A stretch of DNA of 12,157 bases from an uncultured Pseudomonadota bacterium (GTDB lineage Bacteria > SAR324 > NAC60-12): contig CAJWCD010000111.1 of assembly GCA_913020725.1 (NCBI GenBank), positions 1 through 12,157 of the forward strand. Reading direction: 5' to 3'. Of this stretch, positions 1 through 6,599 are shown one piece after another. Made by a program: the position numbers and the translations under genes. The stretch's first letter is position 1, and every line of letters starts with the position of its first letter. The notes below the pieces were generated by a model. The model did no database searches. It saw nothing but the letters and a program-made list of their open reading frames with translations, and was not told the DNA's origin.

Positions 1-80
1 GAGGCATGGCTCAAGGCGGCATGAACCCCGAAACCGAAACGGAAAAACTCCGCGCTGACTCACGCACTTATTTGCGATAA
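1..80 (+). CDS. 3' end of an upstream CDS (partial), product unknown; possibly a DHHA1-like/alanyl-tRNA synthetase-like C-terminus
   Basis: The frame starting at base 3 is open from the window edge to TAA at 78-80 and reads GMAQGGMNPETETEKLRADSRTYLR*. 'MAQGG' followed by a short terminal segment resembles the end of DHHA1 domains, but only 25 residues are visible. Confidence 0.4.
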   Translation, partial: GMAQGGMNPETETEKLRADSRTYLR

Positions 81-214
81 GGTCTAGTAACCTCGTTGAA
101 ACGGAGTGTGGGTTGCCCTTCACTCTCAGGCGAAGGGAGTTGGATTTCCTCTCGCTTCTGTTCCAAATCCGTATCCGTTCGTTGCACGGTTTTCCCTTGC
201 CTCAAACCGATTCT

Positions 215-244
215 GACGGCAAGATGCCTAGAGAGCTTGCCGTC
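215..244. other. Stem-loop / inverted repeat (9-bp perfect stem, 12-nt loop)
   Basis: GACGGCAAG (215-223) pairs with CTTGCCGTC (236-244). There is no adjacent U-tract, so I do not call it a terminator. Confidence 0.5.
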
Positions 245-332
245 CCAGTTGGACACGCCCTGAAACTTTTTGCCGCTGAAGGCACCCAGCTTCAGGCCGT
301 ATTCACCAGAGATGCCCCCCAGACGCGCATAG

Positions 333-355
333 GTTGCACCAAATATTGGTGCAAC
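333..355. promoter_or_regulatory. Perfect palindrome, candidate transcription-factor operator
   Basis: GTTGCACCAA-ATA-TTGGTGCAAC has 10-bp perfect arms and a 3-bp spacer, and lies about 205 bp upstream of the first gene of the operon. The palindrome is seen directly; the regulatory role is inferred. Confidence 0.5.
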
Positions 356-549
356 ACTCCGGAAGCTGACTCGCAAGACCGCTTACAGTCATGTTCCTTC
401 AAGTTTATCAACTTGCTTTGCTACGAACGATCTGCAAATTTTCGTAATTTCTTCAGTGAAGGTGACAGGAAACGAGACTGCTGCAAGCCGTTTTGCCGAT
501 GGGGGAATCCAGTGGCAAGTCGCCTCAATCTCAAAAAATCATGAACCGG

Positions 550-554
550 AAGGA
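550..554 (+). promoter_or_regulatory. Shine-Dalgarno-like site for the 560 ATG
   Basis: AAGGA ends 5 nt before ATG 560. Confidence 0.55.
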
Positions 555-559
555 TTAAG

Positions 560-1558
560 ATGGGCTGCTTGATTGATGGAGTGTGGACAGACCAGTGGTA
601 CGACACCTCGAAATCCGGGGGCCGTTTTCTGCGGGAGGATTCCCAACTGCGCAACTGGATCACGCCAGACGGCACGCCAGGCCCCAGCGGCGAGGGCGGG
701 TTCCGGGCTGAAGTCGACCGCTACCACCTCTATGTCTCCCTCGCCTGTCCGTGGGCGCACCGCACCCTCGTTTTCCGAAAACTCAAGGGACTGGAAGACC
801 TCATCACCGTTTCGGTGGTCCACCCCCACATGCTTGGCAACGGCTGGGAATTCCGAGAAGACGACCCCACACTGGCAGATGAACTCTACGGGAGCGAGTG
901 CCTTCACCAAATCTACACCCGCGCTCGTCTGGAATACACGGGTCGGGTGACGGTTCCAGTGCTGTGGGACACGTTGCGCGAAACCATCGTCAGCAACGAG
1001 TCTTCCGAGATCATCCGGATGCTCAACTCCGCCTTCAACAAACTCACGGGCAATGCACTGGATTTCTACCCGGAAGCATTGCGGGAGGAGATTGCCCCCC
1101 TCAATGAGCGCATCTACACCACGCTCAACAACGGGGTCTATCGCTGCGGCTTTGCAACAAAGCAGGAAGCTTACGAGGAGGCGTTCACGGAACTCTTCGA
1201 CACCCTCGACTTTCTGGAAGAGCGGCTTGCCGGACAACGCTACCTCTGTGGCAACACCCAGACCGAGGCCGACTGGCGGCTCTTCCCCACGCTGATCCGC
1301 TTTGACGCGGTCTATCACGGGCATTTCAAGTGCAACCGCAACCGCATTGTCGATTTTCCCAACCTCTTCGGCTACGTCCGCGACCTCTATCAGCATCCGG
1401 GCATCCGCAACACGGTGGATTTCTGGCACATCCGCCAGCACTACCACTACAGCCACGACTCCATCAACCCGCACCGCATTGTGCCCAAAGGCCCAGACCT
1501 CGCACCTTATAACCTGCCGCACCAGCGAGCAGGTCTTTCCCAAGAATCCCTGCTGTAA
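560..1558 (+). CDS. yqjG: Glutathionyl-hydroquinone reductase (YqjG/Ecm4/PcpF family, xi-class GST)
   Basis: 332 aa. N-terminal MG.LIDGVW.DQWYDT..SGGRF.R, then RYHLYVSLACPWAHRTL with the catalytic CPWA, YTGRVTVPVLWD, IVSNESSEIIRMLN, NNGVYRCGFA, EADWRLFPTLIRFDAVYHGHFKCN and C-terminal HYHYSH..INP..IVPKGP. Confidence 0.95.
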   Translation: MGCLIDGVWTDQWYDTSKSGGRFLREDSQLRNWITPDGTPGPSGEGGFRAEVDRYHLYVSLACPWAHRTLVFRKLKGLEDLITVSVVHPHMLGNGWEFREDDPTLADELYGSECLHQIYTRARLEYTGRVTVPVLWDTLRETIVSNESSEIIRMLNSAFNKLTGNALDFYPEALREEIAPLNERIYTTLNNGVYRCGFATKQEAYEEAFTELFDTLDFLEERLAGQRYLCGNTQTEADWRLFPTLIRFDAVYHGHFKCNRNRIVDFPNLFGYVRDLYQHPGIRNTVDFWHIRQHYHYSHDSINPHRIVPKGPDLAPYNLPHQRAGLSQESLL

Positions 1559-1622
1559 GAAATCTGGAGGAGACACGACTCAATTTCGAGAGTCATTTGT
1601 CCCACAACACCCAAGTTTTCAG

Positions 1623-2333
1623 ATGCGCAACCTCGCCGGTAAACTCCTTGTTCTCGCCGCGGCGGCAGTCCTGCTGGCGCTGTTTTTCGCGCTCGATCTC
1701 CAGCACTACCTGACGCTTGATTACCTCAAAACCTCCCGCGAGCAATTCGGGCAGGTTTACGAAACCAGCCCGGCCTTAGTGCTGGGCAGCTACTTCCTGA
1801 TTTATGTGGCCACTGCCGCCCTCTCACTTCCGGGGGCCGTGATCCTAACGCTGGCAGGGGGGGCGTTGTTCGGGTTGTTTGCCGGAACCGTGATCGTCTC
1901 CTTCGCCAGCACGATGGGCGCAACGCTGGCTATGTTGCTCGCACGGTTTCTGTTCCGGGACTGGGTGCAGTCGCGCTTTGGCGAACACCTCCAGACCATC
2001 AACTCCGGGATTGAGAAGGAAGGTGGCCTCTACCTCTTCACTCTGCGGCTAGTCCCCGCCGTGCCCTTCTTCGTAATCAATCTCGGCATGGGTCTCACGC
2101 CGCTCCGCCCCCTCATGTTTTACTGGGTCAGCCAACTTGGCATGCTGCCCGGAACCCTTGTGTATGTCAACGCCGGGTCGGAACTGGGCAAGCTCGAAAC
2201 CCTCGGCGATATTCTCTCGCCCACTCTACTTGGCTCCTTCGTGCTGCTCGGCGTGTTCCCGCTGCTAGTGAAAAAACTGCTGACAGTCCTCCAACGCCAC
2301 CGGGAATCCGACTCACCCACGTCCAACAACTGA
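1623..2333 (+). CDS. TVP38/TMEM64 (YdjX-like; DedA/VTT superfamily) membrane protein
   Basis: 236 aa from ATG 1623 (MRNLAGKLLVL...). Several hydrophobic segments and the family motifs ALSLPGAVILTLAGGALFG, SFASTMGATLA and YLFTLRLVPAVPFFVINL...SQLGMLPGTLVYVNAG. The ORF-track extension back to 1302 overlaps yqjG and is not used. Confidence 0.9.
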   Translation: MRNLAGKLLVLAAAAVLLALFFALDLQHYLTLDYLKTSREQFGQVYETSPALVLGSYFLIYVATAALSLPGAVILTLAGGALFGLFAGTVIVSFASTMGATLAMLLARFLFRDWVQSRFGEHLQTINSGIEKEGGLYLFTLRLVPAVPFFVINLGMGLTPLRPLMFYWVSQLGMLPGTLVYVNAGSELGKLETLGDILSPTLLGSFVLLGVFPLLVKKLLTVLQRHRESDSPTSNN

Positions 2334-2336
2334 ATC

Positions 2337-3776
2337 ATGCCACGCTACGACTACAACCTCATTGCCATCGGAGCCGGATCTGGCGGATTGGTGACGACCC
2401 TCATTGGCGCAGCGATCAAGGCCAAGGTGGCACTGATCGAAAAACACCGCATGGGCGGTGACTGCCTCAACACGGGCTGCGTTCCCAGCAAGTCGTTGAT
2501 CGCGAGCGCCAAGGTGGTGCAACTGCTCAAGAAGCATGAAGCTTTCGGACTCAAGAATGTGCAGTATGAGGTGGACTTCCCGCAGGTGATGGAGCGCATC
2601 CAAGAGATCATTGCTAAAATCGCTCCGCACGACAGCGTGGAACGCTTCACGAAGTTGGGGGTGGAGTGCCACCTCGGTGAGGCCCGCATCGGTTCACCAC
2701 ATGAGATCGAGGTCAATGGCCGGGTGCTGACCACCAAGAACATCGTTGTTTCCACGGGTGCGCGTCCGTTTGTACCACCAATCCCGGGGCTGGAGGAGGT
2801 GGCGTTTTCCCATTCGGACAATCTTTGGGAACTCCGCAAGCAGCCAAAGCACTTGGCAGTGATCGGCGGCGGTCCCATCGGGTGTGAGTTGGCGCAAGCG
2901 TTCCGGAGGCTAGGCTCAGAAGTGACAATCCTTAATCTCGACCCCCGGATTATGCCCCGTGAGGATGCAGATGTGGTGGAGTTCGTCTCCCGGACTTTTG
3001 AGCGTGACGGCATCACAACCCATAACAGCATTCGCATCCAACGTGTCGAACGAACTCCGGAAGGCGCGAGTATCCATTTCGAACAAAATGGTGCAGAACA
3101 AACGCTGGAAGCTGACCATTTGTTTGTCGCCGCCGGGCGCAAAGCGAACATCGCTGGGTTTGGGCTGGAAGAACTCGGTGTGGCCCTCAACCCCAACGGC
3201 ACGATTCAGGTGGACCGCTTCCTGCGCTCCAGCATCCCCAACCTCTACGCCTGCGGGGATGTCGCCGGTCCCTATCAGTTCACCCACATGGCGGGGCATC
3301 AGGCGTGGTACGCTGCCGTCAACGCCCTCTTCTCGCCGCTCAAGAAATTCGCGGTCGATTACTCGGTGGTGCCGTGGTGTACCTACACCGATCCGGAGGT
3401 GGCCCGCGTCGGCCTCAGCGAGGAAGAGGCGCTGGCCCAAGGGGTTCCGCATGAAGTGACGCGCTACGGCATTGATGACCTTGATCGGGCGATCACCGAC
3501 CGCAGCGACTACGGAATCGTCAAAGTGCTGACTCCGCCGAGGAAAGACCGCATCCTCGGTGCGACCATCTGCGGTGCCCACGCCGGAGACCTGCTGGCCG
3601 AATTCGTCCTTGCCATGAAACACGACATTGGCCTCAAAAAAATCCTTGGCACCATCCACTCTTATCCAACTTTCGCCGAAGCAAACAAATTCGCGGCGGG
3701 AGTCTGGCGCAAGCACAATGCGCCAAAAAATGTGCTAAACTGGCTGGAGCGGTTTCACACTTGGAGGCGGAGATAG
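2337..3776 (+). CDS. Class-I pyridine nucleotide-disulfide oxidoreductase (dihydrolipoamide dehydrogenase/mercuric reductase-like; substrate unknown)
   Basis: 479 aa. FAD motif IGAGSGG, redox-active GGDCLNTGCVPSK, NAD(P)H motif IGGGPIGCE, YACGDVAG, TDPEVARVGL, and dimerisation domain ending IHSYPTFAE. It has no C-terminal Cys-Cys pair and no NmerA domain. Confidence 0.9.
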   Translation: MPRYDYNLIAIGAGSGGLVTTLIGAAIKAKVALIEKHRMGGDCLNTGCVPSKSLIASAKVVQLLKKHEAFGLKNVQYEVDFPQVMERIQEIIAKIAPHDSVERFTKLGVECHLGEARIGSPHEIEVNGRVLTTKNIVVSTGARPFVPPIPGLEEVAFSHSDNLWELRKQPKHLAVIGGGPIGCELAQAFRRLGSEVTILNLDPRIMPREDADVVEFVSRTFERDGITTHNSIRIQRVERTPEGASIHFEQNGAEQTLEADHLFVAAGRKANIAGFGLEELGVALNPNGTIQVDRFLRSSIPNLYACGDVAGPYQFTHMAGHQAWYAAVNALFSPLKKFAVDYSVVPWCTYTDPEVARVGLSEEEALAQGVPHEVTRYGIDDLDRAITDRSDYGIVKVLTPPRKDRILGATICGAHAGDLLAEFVLAMKHDIGLKKILGTIHSYPTFAEANKFAAGVWRKHNAPKNVLNWLERFHTWRRR

Positions 3777-3777
3777 A

Positions 3778-4596
3778 ATGAGAATCAAGAACTTGTTGAG
3801 CCTACTTCTGGTCGTTGTGCCACTTTTGGCTACGGCGGCCCCCAAGTCCGACCTCTGGCCGCGCTGGCAGCAGCACAACCCCACCAGCACGTTGCAGGTT
3901 GATCATGAAACGTGGACCGGTTTTCTCCAAAAGTACCTCGTCCCGCACCAACCTGAAGGAGTGCATAAAGTTCGTTTTGCAGTGGTCACTGCTGAGGACC
4001 ACCAAGTCCTGAAAGCCTACCTTCAACAACTTCAAAAGACTCAAATTTCACAATACTCCCGCTCTGAACAGCAGGCCTTCTGGATCAATCTTTACAACGC
4101 GGCCACCATTGATTTGATTTTGGACCATCATCCGGTGGCATCGATCAAGGACATCAGCTTTGGTTTCTTCAGCTTTGGGCCGTGGGATGAAAAGCTGTTG
4201 CAAGTCGAAGGCGAACCCATCTCGCTGAACGACATTGAGCATCGGATTCTGCGTCCGATCTGGCGTGACCCAAGGTTGCACTATGCGATCAGCTGCGCCA
4301 GTCTCGGATGCCCAAATTTGGAACAGGTCGCCTTCACTCCTGAAAACACTGCCACCCTGCTCGATTCTGGAGCAAGAGCCTTCGTCAATCATCCCCGTGG
4401 GGTTCGATTCGCAGACGATGACGAGCTGGTCCTCTCGACAATCTATGATTGGTTTGACGAGGATTTCGGAGGCAATGAAGCGGGAGTATTGGCACACATC
4501 AAGCAATTCGCCAACCCAGAACTGCGGAAACAGCTGGATGCATTTGACGGGGACATTGAATATGAATACGATTGGCGCCTCAACGGTACGCCCTGA
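3778..4596 (+). CDS. DUF547 domain protein with Sec signal peptide
   Basis: 272 aa. Signal-like MRIKNLLSLLLVVVPLLATA/A. DUF547 motifs AFWINLYNA.TI.LIL, SLNDIEHRILR, DPRLHYAISCASLGCP.L, LSTIYDWF.EDF and terminal YDWRLN. It starts 1 nt after the upstream stop. Confidence 0.88.
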   Translation: MRIKNLLSLLLVVVPLLATAAPKSDLWPRWQQHNPTSTLQVDHETWTGFLQKYLVPHQPEGVHKVRFAVVTAEDHQVLKAYLQQLQKTQISQYSRSEQQAFWINLYNAATIDLILDHHPVASIKDISFGFFSFGPWDEKLLQVEGEPISLNDIEHRILRPIWRDPRLHYAISCASLGCPNLEQVAFTPENTATLLDSGARAFVNHPRGVRFADDDELVLSTIYDWFDEDFGGNEAGVLAHIKQFANPELRKQLDAFDGDIEYEYDWRLNGTP

Positions 4597-4662
4597 TGAA
4601 AACTGCAAATCGAGCGCTTGCTCTTTGAGGATGCAGAACACGAATCGTGAAAGAAACATGCA

Positions 4663-5340
4663 ATGACAATTTCAAACACCAAATACTGTGTCTTCGATGC
4701 CTACGGCACACTCTTCGACGTGCATTCGGCGGTGGGACGCCACCAAGTCGAACTGGGCGAAAAGGCCGGGGCGGTCTCGCAGACGTGGCGCACGAAGCAG
4801 TTAGAATACACGTGGCTCCGGAGCCTGATGCAACGCTATGTGAACTTCTGGCAGGTGACGCAGGACGGGCTGGACTATGCGCTGGACGCCCACGGAGTGG
4901 AGAACCCGGAGCTGCGCGAAAAACTCCTGCAAGCCTACCATGAACTCGCCTGCTATCCGGAGGTGCCGGACACCCTGAAGCAACTCCGGCAGCGTGGACA
5001 CGGCACGGCGATCCTCTCCAACGGCACTGTGGAAATGCTCGCCTCCGGAGTCCGCAACAGCCAGTTGGAGGACCTGCTGGACGCAGTGCTTTCAGTCGAA
5101 GAAATCAGTGTTTTCAAACCCGATCCGCGAGTTTATCAGTTTGCGTTGGAGCGACTCGGAGTGTCGGCTCCGGAAGTGCTCTTTTTCTCCTCAAACGCTT
5201 GGGATGTGGCCGGGGCGGCAAGCTTCGGGTTTCAGGCGGTTCGGGTTAACCGTTTTGGGCAACCTCCCGAACGGCTTCCGGGTAGCCCCGTGCTGGAAAT
5301 TCCAACACTGGATGCTGTGCTAAACCACCTTGCCCAGTGA
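4663..5340 (+). CDS. Haloacid dehalogenase type II (L-2-haloacid dehalogenase, HAD superfamily)
   Basis: 225 aa. Motif I VFDAYGTLFDV, cap segment WRTKQLEYTWLRSLM..YVNFWQVT, AILSNG, FKPDPRVY and SSNAWDVAGA. Confidence 0.92.
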   Translation: MTISNTKYCVFDAYGTLFDVHSAVGRHQVELGEKAGAVSQTWRTKQLEYTWLRSLMQRYVNFWQVTQDGLDYALDAHGVENPELREKLLQAYHELACYPEVPDTLKQLRQRGHGTAILSNGTVEMLASGVRNSQLEDLLDAVLSVEEISVFKPDPRVYQFALERLGVSAPEVLFFSSNAWDVAGAASFGFQAVRVNRFGQPPERLPGSPVLEIPTLDAVLNHLAQ

Positions 5341-5347
5341 GTGAGTG

Positions 5348-5572
5348 ATGTTGCATCCCACCCTCCACGGACTGATCAAGGCGCTGCTGATCGTGTCGCT
5401 TGTGATTGTAGGGATTCTCGCTCCCTTCTACATCTGGAAAACCCTCGCCCCGCGTTCCTACGAAAACTTCCACCTGAACAGCGTCTCACCTTTTTCGATG
5501 GACAGCCGCCGCGCCATCCTTGAACAGCGACAGGGCATGGGGCCACGAGTCGGTTCCGGAATTCTGCCTTGA
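5348..5572 (+). CDS. Small hypothetical single-pass membrane protein (74 aa; alternative GTG start at 5345)
   Basis: Fills the gap between the dehalogenase (stop 5340) and argF on the same strand. One clear hydrophobic segment, LIKALLIVSLVIVGILAPFYIW. No family recognised. Confidence 0.6.
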   Translation: MLHPTLHGLIKALLIVSLVIVGILAPFYIWKTLAPRSYENFHLNSVSPFSMDSRRAILEQRQGMGPRVGSGILP

Positions 5573-5598
5573 CCCTCTCCGGCAGTTTCTGACATAGT
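5569..5598 (+). promoter_or_regulatory. Candidate sigma70-type promoter for argF
   Basis: TTGACC (5569-5574), an 18-nt spacer ending in TGA (extended -10 TGn), then CATAGT (5593-5598), ending 23 nt before the argF ATG. Consensus match by eye only. Confidence 0.35.
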
Positions 5599-5621
5599 TA
5601 TGAATTTGCTCAAGAATCCCC

Positions 5622-6548
5622 ATGCCGCGCCACCTGCTTTCCCTGCTTGATTGGTCCGGCGCCGAAATCTTCGATGCTCTCAAGCTTGCGCACAATCTCA
5701 AGCGCAAAACCAAAACTGGTGCTTGTCCAAAACTACTTGAAGGTCGCAGCTACGCGCTGATCTTCCACAAAAACTCCCTACGCACCCGCGTGTCCTTCGA
5801 GGTCGGCATTCACCAACTTGGGGGCCACTCCATGATACTGACCGATCAGGATTTCAAGATTGGTGAACGGGAGTCGGTACGGGACGTTGCCAAAGTGCTT
5901 TCTCGCTATGTGGATGGCATCCTCATTCGCACTTCCTCGCATGAAACGGTGGTGGCACTTGCGGAACACGCCGAGGTCCCGATGGTGAACATGCTCACGG
6001 ACTTCAGCCATCCGTGCCAAATCCTTGCAGACGTGCTCACGATTCAAGAACATGTGGGGACACTTGAAAATCTGCGCATCGCCTACCTTGGGGACGGCAA
6101 CAACGTCGTCAATTCCTGGCTCAACCTCGCTTGTCGAATTCCCCTCGATCTGCGGATTGGCACAGCTCCGGAAACCCAACCCGAGGCTGCTTTGGTGAAA
6201 GCCGTTCAGGATTGTGGAGTCTCGCAGGTGCGCGTTTGTCACGATGCCCGTGAAGCCGTTGCCGATGCACAAATCCTCTACACCGATGTCTGGGCCAGCA
6301 TGGGCGAGAAGGAGCAGGCTTGTCAGCGCGGACAACTTCTCCAAGATTTCCAAATCAACCAAAATCTGTTAGAGTGCGCCGCTCAGGGGGTCAAGGTGAT
6401 GCACTGCCTGCCTGCCGAACGTGGCCGGGAGATCACGGAAGAGGTGCTGGAGGGGGCGAACTCTATCGTCCTCGATCAGGCCGAAAATCGCCTCCACGCT
6501 CAAAAGGCTGTGCTAGCCCAACTCGAACGCTGGCACCGGAGCCTTTGA
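5622..6548 (+). CDS. argF: Ornithine carbamoyltransferase
   Basis: 308 aa. Carbamoyl-phosphate motif variant SLRTRVSFE, RESVRDVAKVLSRY, HPCQILAD, GDGNNV, the OTC-specific YTDVWASMG loop, HCLPA.RG.E and QAENRLHAQKA. Confidence 0.94.
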   Translation: MPRHLLSLLDWSGAEIFDALKLAHNLKRKTKTGACPKLLEGRSYALIFHKNSLRTRVSFEVGIHQLGGHSMILTDQDFKIGERESVRDVAKVLSRYVDGILIRTSSHETVVALAEHAEVPMVNMLTDFSHPCQILADVLTIQEHVGTLENLRIAYLGDGNNVVNSWLNLACRIPLDLRIGTAPETQPEAALVKAVQDCGVSQVRVCHDAREAVADAQILYTDVWASMGEKEQACQRGQLLQDFQINQNLLECAAQGVKVMHCLPAERGREITEEVLEGANSIVLDQAENRLHAQKAVLAQLERWHRSL

Positions 6549-6599
6549 CCTCGGTGGCTTCAACGCAAATTCATACAACCCGCTTCCGGACCACTCGCC

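Noticed and set aside
140..156. GAGGAAATCC on the - strand resembling the RNase P RNA signature GAGGAAAGTCC
   Set aside because: One base short, and there is no room or matching downstream conserved elements.
100..300. Glycine riboswitch resemblance (ACTCTCAGG at 122-130; GAGAGC...CTGAAGG...TTCAGG at 231-296)
   Set aside because: The GGAGA...CCGAAG core and P1 pairing are not present in the right order, and the downstream gene is not glycine-related.
481..499. Sigma54-like CGGCAAAACGGCTTGCA on the - strand
   Set aside because: The GG-to-GC spacing is one base too long, and it points away from the operon.
113..544. 143-aa + strand ORF (and 102-aa - strand ORF 68-376) in the long intergenic region
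   Set aside because: TTG start for the + ORF, no recognisable domain in either, and scattered Cys/Arg/Phe composition typical of non-coding translation. Cannot be fully excluded without a search.
539..1576. Long antisense ORFs (539-1576, also 2351-3202, 2916-3716, 4048-4659, 5778-6362, 8352-8975, 10403-11116)
   Set aside because: Shadow ORFs opposite well-supported genes, expected with GC-rich codon usage, and with no family motifs.
1302..1622. 107-codon N-terminal extension of the TVP38 ORF, including a GGAGG at 1566-1570 before an in-frame ACG (1575)
   Set aside because: Overlaps yqjG out of frame with Ser/Thr-rich junk translation. The family-like sequence starts at ATG 1623, and an ACG start has no support.
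2331..2400. Selenocysteine recoding of the TGA between TVP38 and the reductase
   Set aside because: The TGA is in a linker rather than at a catalytic Cys position, and no properly placed SECIS-like hairpin is evident.
2337..3776. Calling the reductase merA or lpdA
   Set aside because: No C-terminal Cys-Cys, NmerA domain or mer genes; no catalytic HPT His and no neighbouring 2-oxoacid dehydrogenase genes.
5599..5616. ARG box upstream of argF (TATGAATTTGCTCAAG)
   Set aside because: Only the TGAAT half matches. The ATTCA half is absent at the correct spacing.
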